51,741 nucleotides of DNA from Ferrithrix thermotolerans DSM 19514 (GCA_945861325.1 CAMATY010000001.1:1-51741); one strand, 5' to 3'. Numbered from the stretch's first letter, positions 27,512-36,281 are shown. Notes: a model not told the origin generated them from the letters alone. Numbers and translations are program-made.

Positions 27512-27560
27512 ATGACTTACGGTGTTTTAACGAATACTTACAGTGTCAGAAAATCAAAAA

Positions 27561-28745
27561 TTAGATCGAAAAATTGACGAGTTGACTCAATTTGGGCGTG
27601 ATATTCCAGAACTTAACTAGTTCTTTGTACCTATTGATTGCCGTCTGATCAAGTGGGGCTTGTGTTTTAACTGCCCGAATCATGATGTTTCTTGGGGTGT
27701 GTTCATCCCCAACGAATTCAATTATTTCGGTTCGATATCCCATGATTCGAAGAATCTGCGCACGGATGGCGTCGGTCAGAATGTCGCCGAATCGTTCTTT
27801 TAAAATGCCGTGTTTAAGCACCATCGGCCATGGTTCAGGCGTCTCAAGAAGTTGCATCTGAATGTCGTGGTGACAGCATGGAGCAACCAGCAATAATTTT
27901 GAACCGTGATTGACTGCCCAGGCGATCGCGTCATCTGTCGCCGTGTCACAGGCATGTAATGCGATCATGATGTCTGCATTTTCAATTTCTGTTTGCGCGA
28001 TCGCTTCTGCGCGAAAATCAATTGATTCTGAAATATCTAGACGCTGTGCTATCTCTGAATTTCGAAGTCGAGACTGCTCTCGAATATCAATGCCAGTAAC
28101 TTTTATCAATGGATAAATCTGACGCAAATATTGGTGCGCCGCAAAAGTTAAATAAGCATTTCCACATCCGTGATCAACAATCGTCAATGGTTTGCTATCG
28201 CTAATTTTGATGTGATCAGCCGCAACAGCACTAGTCAACGCCGGCACCAATATTCTTAAAAACTCCTCAACTTGCAAATATTTATCCTGCTTGGTTGGTT
28301 TAATTCGACCATGTGCATCGGCGATACCGACTTCACGCAAAAATGGGTCGGCTGCATCAAGCATTCGTTGTTTCTGTTTGTCATGACTCAGAGACTGTTG
28401 ATTTTTTGAGGCTTCAATGAATACTTGAGCATCACCTTTTTTGGTGAATCGAATTGACATGGTTTGATTTACGCTTTCAATCAAAATATTTGCAAAGCCA
28501 GAATTCATATGCTTGATGATTAGATCCGAATCTGGAGCGATGTTCGAGGTCTTAGAGGTCGTTCCAGCGATTTCGATGAGTTGTAATTTGATTTCATTCT
28601 TAATTTGAACTGGTCTCAACTCAATTTTTTCGCCGTTCGGTTGCATATTTCTCCGTCGTCCAGAAAATACAGCGCGTACAAGACTTTTAGTATCGCCAAT
28701 AAGGGCCACGGCATCAGCGGTTGCTTGTTCAAATTCAATAGGCAT
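27561..28745 (-). CDS. Class-I SAM-dependent methyltransferase with an N-terminal domain of unknown function (394 aa)
   Basis: Motif I IVDHGCGNAYLTF, acidic motif II GIDIRE, motif IV-like ALHACDTATD, and LLLVAPCCHH. Confidence 0.75.
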   Translation of the reverse strand: MPIEFEQATADAVALIGDTKSLVRAVFSGRRRNMQPNGEKIELRPVQIKNEIKLQLIEIAGTTSKTSNIAPDSDLIIKHMNSGFANILIESVNQTMSIRFTKKGDAQVFIEASKNQQSLSHDKQKQRMLDAADPFLREVGIADAHGRIKPTKQDKYLQVEEFLRILVPALTSAVAADHIKISDSKPLTIVDHGCGNAYLTFAAHQYLRQIYPLIKVTGIDIREQSRLRNSEIAQRLDISESIDFRAEAIAQTEIENADIMIALHACDTATDDAIAWAVNHGSKLLLVAPCCHHDIQMQLLETPEPWPMVLKHGILKERFGDILTDAIRAQILRIMGYRTEIIEFVGDEHTPRNIMIRAVKTQAPLDQTAINRYKELVKFWNITPKLSQLVNFSI

Positions 28746-28760
28746 AAGTCTCTAACTAGT

Positions 28761-29822
28761 TCAGATCGTTTTTTGATGGCGGTGATTGCAACGCCAACCA
28801 GTTGATGTTCGCCTAAATGTGTCTGAACTGCGAACTAGCGTGACTGTCGCTTTGCCGCTAGACGCGCCGATACGACGCTCAATTATCAGATTACCGTTGG
28901 CCGTTCCGTTACCTTCGTCGGCGAAAAATGCCATCACTAGTGGTACTTCAATGATGAATTGATTTTTTGTAAACTGTGAGGAGAAATCTTGACGAATTTG
29001 GGCAATGTCGACGGCTTCGGGCAAGATGTCGCAACTAATCGTCGCATCATCAGTGAAATAATTCATTACCGCTTCAAGATCTCCACGACTAAGCGCGTCG
29101 GAGTGCATTGACACCAACTGTCGAAGATCAAAATCAGTCGCCAACGACGCCGGTCGGGGAGCATCATCATCAAGTTGTTTGCTTGAGCCGTTCGAGGATT
29201 TCGTAGAGCGACGAGAATCACGAATGTCATCTGACGAAAGACCGGTTTCTGCTGCGGCGAGTTGGCGCATCAACCGAATGAACTCTTTGCGTTTGAGTAC
29301 ACCTTCATGGGCGGCATATTGCACGGCCAAGCCGTCGATCAATCCCGATATTCGAGTGGCAGATTCGCGCGGATGTAAACAGTGAAACTCTCCTGACTCA
29401 TTACCTGCTCGCAGAACCTTTTCGAAAACAGCAATCGATTGAGCGTCGAGTTCTTGACTTATCGGTTTCATTTTTGGGTTTCGCAATGCTTCACCCCATG
29501 CATCAATCCACAGCATCCATTCGACATCGTCGCTTCCCTCGGGTACATAACTCTCAATCAGTCGCCACAACTTGGCTACTGCCGTGGGTGCCGATGCGCT
29601 GTCGCGTTGCATGTCAGCAAGGTCTTTGTTTGCGTAGTGCTCGAATGCTGCAGCAAGCAATTCTTCTTTAGAAGCAAAGTGATAATGAATTAGGCTGTTT
29701 GAAACTCCGAGTCGTTTGGCGACATCTGCCACTCGGGTGCCCGCAAAGCCGCGTTCAATGATTACATCGCAGGTAGCCTCAAGAATCTCAATGCGACGCT
29801 GCTCAACTGTTTCTTTTTTCAC
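28761..29822 (-). CDS. TetR-family regulator fused to a C-terminal NTF2-like (SnoaL/DUF4440-type) domain (353 aa)
   Basis: HTH RRIEILEATCDVIIERGFAGTRVADVAKRLGVSNSLIHYHFASKEELL; Ser/Asp-rich linker; C-terminal HSDALSRGDLEAVMNYFTDDATI...WRC pattern typical of NTF2-like folds. Confidence 0.8.
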   Translation of the reverse strand: MKKETVEQRRIEILEATCDVIIERGFAGTRVADVAKRLGVSNSLIHYHFASKEELLAAAFEHYANKDLADMQRDSASAPTAVAKLWRLIESYVPEGSDDVEWMLWIDAWGEALRNPKMKPISQELDAQSIAVFEKVLRAGNESGEFHCLHPRESATRISGLIDGLAVQYAAHEGVLKRKEFIRLMRQLAAAETGLSSDDIRDSRRSTKSSNGSSKQLDDDAPRPASLATDFDLRQLVSMHSDALSRGDLEAVMNYFTDDATISCDILPEAVDIAQIRQDFSSQFTKNQFIIEVPLVMAFFADEGNGTANGNLIIERRIGASSGKATVTLVRSSDTFRRTSTGWRCNHRHQKTI

Positions 29823-29893
29823 TACTTGCGCACGATACTCAACTCAGGGCATTAGCGAACCATTGCCAATAACTTATTTAGAAGTTTTCTGAG

Positions 29894-30796
29894 ATGTCCA
29901 GACTCACAATTACCCCTAAAACCTATTTGCGGGTTGCTCAGACCGCCTTTGCCTCGCTTTATCTAATTATCATTACGGGCTCGCTCGTGCGGTTGACTGG
30001 GTCAGGACTGGGCTGTGCAGATTGGCCACAGTGCAGCAGCACCAAGTTCGTAGATGTCTCATCAACTCACTCAGCAATTGAACAGCTGAACAGACTATTC
30101 ACCGGCGTCGTAGCCGCAAGCGTGATCTTGGCAGTTCTGCTGTCAATTCGCCTCGTCCCCAAACGTCGCGATTTGGTCGCGATGTCGGTTGGTCTTGTAC
30201 TCGGCGTTTTGGTGCAGGTCTTGCTCGGAGGTCTAGTGGTTTTGACCGGTCTCAATCCATTTTCAAATATTGCTCATTTTTTGGTGAGCATGTTTCTAAT
30301 GGCCAATGCCTACATGTTGTTGCAGCATGCAAAAATTTTTCGCACTGTGGATGAAGTCTTGCCCCGTCGCGCGCCTGAATTGAGTGACAGAACTTGCATG
30401 TTGCTCGTTCGAGCAATTTTCATAATCACTGGATTTGCAATTGTGACCGGCACAGTTGTAACCGGATCTGGACCTCACGCTGGGGATGAGACAGCAGTTC
30501 GACTAAGAATTGCGATCAGTTTGGCTGCAAAAATTCACAGTATTTCAGTGCTGTCCTGCGTGGCTCTGGCTTTGGCTCTGTTCTTCATCTCGAAACGAGA
30601 TCAACTCAGCAAGAAAATCCTCAGCGCTCCGCTTGAACGATGGCTGTTAGTCGCAGTATTTCAGGGCATTCTGGGTTACGTCCAGTATTTTTCAGGCATA
30701 CCAGTATTTTTAGTTGCCGTTCATGTGGCGGTTTCTGTTCTCGTATGGCTGGCAGCACTCGACCTCTATTGGCATTCAAGGCTTCCCGCTGTTTAG
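29894..30796 (+). CDS. ctaA: Heme A synthase (COX15/CtaA family, 300 aa)
   Basis: GSLVRLTGSGLGCADWPQC N-terminal motif, 8 predicted TM helices, conserved His in HFLVS / HAGD / HSIS / VHVAV. Confidence 0.85.
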   Translation: MSRLTITPKTYLRVAQTAFASLYLIIITGSLVRLTGSGLGCADWPQCSSTKFVDVSSTHSAIEQLNRLFTGVVAASVILAVLLSIRLVPKRRDLVAMSVGLVLGVLVQVLLGGLVVLTGLNPFSNIAHFLVSMFLMANAYMLLQHAKIFRTVDEVLPRRAPELSDRTCMLLVRAIFIITGFAIVTGTVVTGSGPHAGDETAVRLRIAISLAAKIHSISVLSCVALALALFFISKRDQLSKKILSAPLERWLLVAVFQGILGYVQYFSGIPVFLVAVHVAVSVLVWLAALDLYWHSRLPAV

Positions 30797-30822
30797 GCAT
30801 CTGTGGTTAAAATGAACCCAAG

Positions 30823-32154
30823 ATGTTACGTCACCAAATGCCGATGACTAAGCACTTTTGGCTTAAGGCCTTCCTCATGGTGCTGTGCTCGTCATTCACA
30901 TTGTTTGGTCTCGGTGCGGGCACGGCCCAAGCGGCCGAAGATGGCGAATTTTTTATTATTGCGAGTGTTCAAAATCAGATCCTTAAGGACTCAAAGACTG
31001 AGCGCACTCCAGTTGCTGGAGTGACCATCAAAGTCACTTCCCTTGACGGAAAGTTAATTGGCGAGGCAATCACAGGTGAAGACGGACTGTGTAAAATTGC
31101 GGTACCTACGCGCGACAACTATTTGATTGACATAGATATCAAGACACTGCCTGATGGTCTGAACCTAATTGACGCTGAAAAAACCCAAGTCAGAGTTAAC
31201 CAGGAGTTGTTCACGACTTCAACAAAGCGGGTAACTTTTTTTACAGGCGATAGTGGGGTAGCTGGCGCCAGCGAATTCGAACGGATAATGCAACGATTAG
31301 CGGACGGAATCCGACTCGGGATAATCATCGCGATGTGCTCGGTTGGACTTTCGCTAATTATTGGAACAACGGGACTAACGAATTTCGCACACGGCGAGAT
31401 GGTCACATTCGGCGCGCTTGTTGCATTTTTTTTCAATGTAAATTTAAATATTCCGATTTTAATTTGCGGTCCATTAGTTATTCTGATCAGTGGATGCTTC
31501 GGACTACTTATTAACTGGGGAATATTTGCTCGCTTGACAAAGCGCGCCATTGGTTCTAATTCGCAATTGGTAGTTTCGCTTGGTCTCTCTTTGATGCTGA
31601 TTAATATTTACCTATTTTTGTTCGGTGGACGGACGAAACAACTGACGAGTTATTCAAAGCAAGTTAATCTTCGCATAGGGCCGATTGGTATCACTCCGAG
31701 AGATCTAACAACAATGTTTATGGGTATCGGAATATTGCTCAGTGTCGCGTTATTTTTGCAGAGATCTAGATTTGGTAAGGCGATACGCGCAGTTAGTGAC
31801 AATGTCCAACTTGCATCAGCAACTGGTATCGATACGCAAAAAGTAATTCGGATTGTTTGGTTTGCCAGTGGAGCGCTGGCTGCAACTGGTGGAATCTTTC
31901 GAGGGCTAGATGAACAGGTCAGTTTTTCAATGGGCTCAGATTTGATTTTCCTAATGTTCGCCGGAATCACTCTGGGCGGACTCGGCTCTGCATACGGCGC
32001 ACTAGTTGGTGGTTTCTTCATTGGTATTTTTGTTGAAATGGCCGCTCTGTTCGTGCCTAGTGAACTGAAAGTAGCACCAGCGTTATTTATTTTAATTTTG
32101 GTTCTCATCGTGCGCCCGCAAGGAATTTTCGGCAGAAGTCAAAGGGTTGGCTGA
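30823..32154 (+). CDS. livH: Branched-chain-amino-acid-type ABC permease (LivH family) with a signal-peptide-led N-terminal extension of about 150 aa
   Basis: The core starts near residue 150 (GIRLGIIIAMCSVGLSLIIGTTGLTNFAHGE). The extension has signal ...GTAQA-AE followed by a beta-rich VAGVTIKVTSLDGKLIGEAITGEDGLCKIAVP carboxypeptidase-regulatory-like pattern. Confidence 0.88.
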   Translation: MLRHQMPMTKHFWLKAFLMVLCSSFTLFGLGAGTAQAAEDGEFFIIASVQNQILKDSKTERTPVAGVTIKVTSLDGKLIGEAITGEDGLCKIAVPTRDNYLIDIDIKTLPDGLNLIDAEKTQVRVNQELFTTSTKRVTFFTGDSGVAGASEFERIMQRLADGIRLGIIIAMCSVGLSLIIGTTGLTNFAHGEMVTFGALVAFFFNVNLNIPILICGPLVILISGCFGLLINWGIFARLTKRAIGSNSQLVVSLGLSLMLINIYLFLFGGRTKQLTSYSKQVNLRIGPIGITPRDLTTMFMGIGILLSVALFLQRSRFGKAIRAVSDNVQLASATGIDTQKVIRIVWFASGALAATGGIFRGLDEQVSFSMGSDLIFLMFAGITLGGLGSAYGALVGGFFIGIFVEMAALFVPSELKVAPALFILILVLIVRPQGIFGRSQRVG

Positions 32155-32155
32155 C

Positions 32156-33160
32156 ATGGATTGGCTAAAAATTATTGAGAATACGCTTCGGGCTTCAATC
32201 GGTGTAGATGCAATATATTTTGCGATAGCGGCCATAGGTCTGAACATCCACTTTGGTTATACGGGCATGCTTAACTTTGGTCAGGCCGCATTTATGGCCT
32301 GCGGGTCATACGGGCTTGGCATGACCGCTCAATATTTTGGTGTTGGCCTTTGGTGGGGTATTCCAATTGGCATTGTGTTCGTGGTAATCCTTTCATTGAT
32401 CGTCGGTATTCCAACATTGCGACTACGCGCCGATTATTTAGCAATTGTGACTATTGCAACGGCTGAGATTGTTCGGCTGTTCGTTCGATCTGTGAAATTC
32501 AACAAGGTTTTTGGAGGCACCGAGGGAATAAGCAACTTCAGTCGTCAATACCGCGAACTGAACCCATTTGAGCCAAGCAAAACATACGGAATTCGTCCAT
32601 TTCTTTTTACTGGGTACTCAATTTTTACAATTTTCGTTGGATGGATTTTGGTTGGGATATTTTCATTATTTACATGGCAATTGATGCGTAGTCCATGGGG
32701 CAGAGTAGTCAAAGGTATCCGCGAGGACGAAGATGCAGTGCGCAGCCTTGGTAAAAACGTTTACGCCTACAAGATGCAAGCGCTCGTGATCGGTGGTGTT
32801 ATCGGTATGTTCGCTGGAATGCTTTTGGCGCTTGATCGCGGATCTGTCCAACCAGACAACTACAGCCGAATGGTTACTTTCTATATTTTGACAGCACTTG
32901 TGCTGGGTGGCCTGGCAAAGGTTTCGGGTTCAGTTTTTGGCTCAATGTTTTTCTGGGTGTTGTTTGTACTTTCAGACAACATTATGCGCGAAGCAACTCG
33001 CAACGGACCATTACGCGTTGCCGGTTTCACTATCATCGAAAGCAACCAAGTGGGCGCCGTCAACTACATGTTCGTCGGCATTGGTTTGATGCTTTTAATT
33101 GTGTTCAGACCACAGGGACTGTTTGGTAACCGCCAAGAAATGGCGCTCGATGGTCGCTGA
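32156..33160 (+). CDS. livM: Branched-chain-amino-acid-type ABC permease (LivM family)
   Basis: LNIHFGYTGMLNFGQAAFM and GIPTLRLRADYLAIVT motifs. The ATG at 32156 lies 1 nt after the livH stop; an in-frame TTG at 32147 is the alternative start. Confidence 0.88.
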   Translation: MDWLKIIENTLRASIGVDAIYFAIAAIGLNIHFGYTGMLNFGQAAFMACGSYGLGMTAQYFGVGLWWGIPIGIVFVVILSLIVGIPTLRLRADYLAIVTIATAEIVRLFVRSVKFNKVFGGTEGISNFSRQYRELNPFEPSKTYGIRPFLFTGYSIFTIFVGWILVGIFSLFTWQLMRSPWGRVVKGIREDEDAVRSLGKNVYAYKMQALVIGGVIGMFAGMLLALDRGSVQPDNYSRMVTFYILTALVLGGLAKVSGSVFGSMFFWVLFVLSDNIMREATRNGPLRVAGFTIIESNQVGAVNYMFVGIGLMLLIVFRPQGLFGNRQEMALDGR

Positions 33161-34028
33161 ACGAAATTACGGTGAACTAGCGACAAAAGTTCGCGCCGCA
33201 CTCTCTGAAGTTGAGCAAAGACCCGGCGTGGCTAAGCCAGATGCGATTTTGACTGCAGACGGTGTCCGTAGACATTTTGGCGGCATCTTAGCGGTAGATG
33301 TGAATCATATTGAAATACAGCGTGGCTCAATCACTGCATTGATTGGACCAAACGGTGCTGGCAAGACGACCTTCTTCAATCTTCTGTCGGGCTTTGATAA
33401 GCCAGATTTAGGCGAATGGAGATTTGACGGCCACAACATGTCTCGTGTGGCACCTCATAAGACAGCCAGCATGGGAATGGTTCGAACATTTCAATTGACG
33501 AAAAGTCTTACAAAAATGTCTGTTATCGAAAACATGAAACTCGGAGCAATGCATCAGGTCGGCGAAAAATGGTGGAACGGACTACTACCGTTTATGTGGC
33601 GCTCGCAAGAAGAGAAAATCGAAAAGCGTGCAGATGCATTGCTCAAGCGTTTTAAAATGGATCATATGCGTAACGAATATGCTGGAACCCTTTCTGGAGG
33701 ACAACGAAAACTTCTCGAGATGGCACGAGCGCTAATGACTGAGCCTAAACTCGTGATGCTTGACGAGCCTATGGCTGGTGTTAATCCAGCGCTAAAACAG
33801 AGTCTTAACGAACATATTCGCGGCTTGCGCGATGATGGGATGAGTGTGCTTTTCGTTGAACATGACATGGATATGGTTAATGATGTTGCGGACTGGGTCG
33901 TGGTCATGGCCGAAGGCGTGATTATCGCCGAAGGTACTCCAGAAAATATTGCGAACAACGAGAAAGTAGTCGAGGCATACCTCGGACTTCACCAGGGAAG
34001 TTCGTTGTTAGATGAGGTGGCTCAATGA
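33150..34028 (+). CDS. livG: ABC ATPase, LivG type
   Basis: Walker A GPNGAGKTT, LSGGQRKLLEMARA, MLDEPMAGV, FVEHDM. I chose the ATG at 33150 rather than the longer ORF that would overlap livM by 62 nt. Confidence 0.9.
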   Translation: MVAERNYGELATKVRAALSEVEQRPGVAKPDAILTADGVRRHFGGILAVDVNHIEIQRGSITALIGPNGAGKTTFFNLLSGFDKPDLGEWRFDGHNMSRVAPHKTASMGMVRTFQLTKSLTKMSVIENMKLGAMHQVGEKWWNGLLPFMWRSQEEKIEKRADALLKRFKMDHMRNEYAGTLSGGQRKLLEMARALMTEPKLVMLDEPMAGVNPALKQSLNEHIRGLRDDGMSVLFVEHDMDMVNDVADWVVVMAEGVIIAEGTPENIANNEKVVEAYLGLHQGSSLLDEVAQ

Positions 34029-34756
34029 GCACCGTTCTTGATGTTAAAGATTTAGTTGCGGGATACATACCCGAAGTAAATATTTTGAATCTTTGCAACA
34101 TCACCGTAAATCAAGGCGAATTTGTCGGAATAATTGGACCAAATGGTGCTGGCAAGTCAACTGTGTTAAAAGCAATTTTAGGAGAGTGCGCAGTGCGGGG
34201 TGGAGAAGTGCGCCTAGGTGAATTGAATATCACCGGCTTCAAAGCGCACGAATTAGTTGAACGTGGCGTTGGCTATGTGCCGCAAAATAGAAACGTATTC
34301 CCAAGCCTTACAGTTACTGAAAACCTCGAGATGGGCTGTTTTTTGAAGCCGTCTGTTTTTAAGGATCGATTTGAATATGTTTCGACACTGTTCCCTCGGT
34401 TGCGTGAGCGAGCGAGTGTAAAAGCGGGATCTCTCTCGGGTGGCGAGCGTCAGATGGTTGCAATGGGGCGAGCTCTAATGATGGAGCCAAAGCTGTTATT
34501 ACTAGACGAACCTTCTGCAGGCTTGTCACCGTTTCTTCAAGATGAGGTGTTTATTCAATGCAAGAAGATCAATTCTGAAGGTATTGCGATACTTATGGTT
34601 GAACAGAATGCCCGGAGATGTTTGCAGGTTTCACATCGGGCATATGTTCTAGACCAAGGAAAGAACGCTTACATGGGAAGCGGCAAAGATTTACTCACTG
34701 ACCCAAATGTGATCAAGCTTTATCTCGGAACACTTGCCAAAGCCACTGGCGGCTGA
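34025..34756 (+). CDS. livF: ABC ATPase, LivF type
   Basis: GPNGAGKST, LSGGERQMVAMGRA, LLLDEPSAGL, VEQN. ATGA overlap with livG. Confidence 0.9.
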   Translation: MSTVLDVKDLVAGYIPEVNILNLCNITVNQGEFVGIIGPNGAGKSTVLKAILGECAVRGGEVRLGELNITGFKAHELVERGVGYVPQNRNVFPSLTVTENLEMGCFLKPSVFKDRFEYVSTLFPRLRERASVKAGSLSGGERQMVAMGRALMMEPKLLLLDEPSAGLSPFLQDEVFIQCKKINSEGIAILMVEQNARRCLQVSHRAYVLDQGKNAYMGSGKDLLTDPNVIKLYLGTLAKATGG

Positions 34757-34763
34757 TTTCAGT

Positions 34764-34790
34764 TAGCGAATCAATTCGCTATTATTTTTT
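34764..34790 (+). terminator. Rho-independent terminator of livHMGF
   Basis: TAGCGAA-TCAA-TTCGCTA stem-loop followed by TTATTTTTT. Confidence 0.6.
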
Positions 34791-34805
34791 CAAGTTCGAT
34801 ACAAA

Positions 34806-34835
34806 TGAAAAGGCCCCGGGCTCTCGCCCGGGGCC
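34806..34835 (-). terminator. Rho-independent terminator of the binding-protein gene
   Basis: Perfect 10-bp stem GGCCCCGGGC-TCTC-GCCCGGGGCC, followed on the minus strand by UUUUCAUUU. Confidence 0.7.
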
Positions 34836-34863
34836 AATCCATTTAATCCCTAGAAATTATTGG

Positions 34864-36222
34864 TTACTTACCCTCGTTAAAGTTCTGCCCGAGTGCGTTA
34901 CCAATGTTCCCGTCAACGCCATAGACCTTCTTCGCTTTTGGTCCAACACCGTTCTCCACCATTGTGCGGAGAATGCGTGAGCCTTCGTCGAATGTGATCA
35001 AGACGATTGCGTCTGGGTTAGCAGCAACAATCTCTCCGACTTCGGCATCAAATGTTGTTGCCTTAGGATCGTAGATCTTCTTGCCAGAGATTTTTACACC
35101 AGCGGCAGTGAGAACTTCTTCTACGACTGTTGCGAGTCCAGTTCCATAAGCATCATCTAACGCCATGATGTAAACAGATTGCACACCGTCAGCGACGATA
35201 ATTTCTGCAAGAACTGCACCCTGGAGGTCATCCGGTGGTGCGTTACGGAAGAACAAACCGTTGTCTGCGTATGAAGTCAACTTAGGCGAAGTGTTCGCTG
35301 GGCTGAACTGAATAACACCTGCAGCAGTGATCTTGTCGATAACTGTGAGCGATACACCAGATGATGCTGCACCAACAATGGCGTCAACACCTTCTTTGAG
35401 CAAACGATCTACAGTCACGCTGGCTGTGTCAGTTGAAGTGTCGCCGGAATCTCCTGCGCTGTATTCAACTGGCTTGCCAAGAACTCCGCCGGCCTTGTTT
35501 ATATAATCAATTGCATACTCAACACCAGCAATCATTGGAGCACCAAGGAATGCGAGGCTGCCAGTTTCTGGTAGAAGTCCACCAATTTTAAGAACACCGT
35601 TACCCTTGCGGGCTACGCCTGTCTTCGAAAGTGGAAGGACTGCTGACTCTGGAGCATTAGCAAGTTGGTATGTAGTAAGTGTGTCATCGAGAAGGTTGCC
35701 TGCACCAAATTGAAGGATGCCGTACGAAGCCTCGAGAGGCTCGCCGTTTCCGTTCATTGTGTTTGGACCAGAGAAACCGTCGAAGTCGACGTCGCCCTTT
35801 GCTTTAACTGCCGCAAGGCAATCAGCCCAAGTTGCTGGTGAGCACTTTGTGCCTTCTTTTGAAACAGCAACAATTTGGTCAGCAAGTGCGCTGCCGTCTG
35901 TGCCTGCTGCTTCTGCTGCAAGTGCGATCAACATCACTGCGTCAAATGATTCTGCTGTGTAGTTGAAGTCAACAAGTGCTTTGTTGCCTTTTCCTGTCCA
36001 AAATGCATTAACTGCGTCTTTGAACTCTTGAGTCAACTCCACAAGTGGAGTTGTTCCCTTCATACCTGCCAACTCGCTGCCAGCCTCTTCAACAACAGGT
36101 GCTGCTGTCTCGACTGGTGCAGTTGTCTCTTCTGTTGCTTCATCGGAGCCGCCGCAAGCCGCAGCCAAAAGGCTGAGACCGACAACAAGCGCACTGAAGC
36201 GTTTCGCTGTAGTTTTTTTCAT
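34864..36222 (-). CDS. Lipoprotein, type-I periplasmic binding protein (LivJ/Peripla_BP_6-like) with apparently circularly permuted segment order (452 aa)
   Basis: Lipobox LLAAAC-G. Residues about 210-452 (VLKIGGLLPETGSLAFLG...AGGVLGKPVEY...) align with the N-terminal ~250 residues of LivJ-type proteins. Residues about 51-187 (GMKGTTP...FDAVMLIALAAEAAGTDG...DFDGFSGPNTMNGNGEP...YGILQF) align with the C-terminal ~100 residues. RBS GGGAGA precedes the ATG. Confidence 0.85.
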   Translation of the reverse strand: MKKTTAKRFSALVVGLSLLAAACGGSDEATEETTAPVETAAPVVEEAGSELAGMKGTTPLVELTQEFKDAVNAFWTGKGNKALVDFNYTAESFDAVMLIALAAEAAGTDGSALADQIVAVSKEGTKCSPATWADCLAAVKAKGDVDFDGFSGPNTMNGNGEPLEASYGILQFGAGNLLDDTLTTYQLANAPESAVLPLSKTGVARKGNGVLKIGGLLPETGSLAFLGAPMIAGVEYAIDYINKAGGVLGKPVEYSAGDSGDTSTDTASVTVDRLLKEGVDAIVGAASSGVSLTVIDKITAAGVIQFSPANTSPKLTSYADNGLFFRNAPPDDLQGAVLAEIIVADGVQSVYIMALDDAYGTGLATVVEEVLTAAGVKISGKKIYDPKATTFDAEVGEIVAANPDAIVLITFDEGSRILRTMVENGVGPKAKKVYGVDGNIGNALGQNFNEGK

Positions 36223-36281
36223 TTATTTTCTCCCCCTAGGAGTAGGACAGCGGGATGCTGGCCATTAGTTAGGAAACTCTA

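Noticed and set aside
27386-27560. A cyclic-di-AMP (ydaO-type) riboswitch upstream of the M23 cell-wall hydrolase
   Set aside because: The genomic context would fit. However, the leader is AT-rich, and I cannot recognise the conserved GC-rich pseudo-symmetric core of that class by eye. It is only reported as an unclassified structured leader.
29823-29893. A TetR operator palindrome in the TetR/ctaA divergent spacer
   Set aside because: Only weak partial symmetry is present (GGCAtT-N8-AtTGCC and TGCGCA). Nothing is convincing enough to call without comparative data.
31119-32108. Two long antisense ORFs (143 and 152 aa) opposite livH
   Set aside because: These are mirror-frame ORFs of a hydrophobic permease gene. 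Their composition is that of reverse-complemented membrane-protein codons, and the livH frame carries the family motifs.
33099-33149. The longer livG ORF starting at 33099
   Set aside because: It would overlap livM by 62 nt. The internal ATG at 33150 gives an N-terminus of typical LivG length and an 11-nt overlap, in line with the coupling seen elsewhere in the operon.
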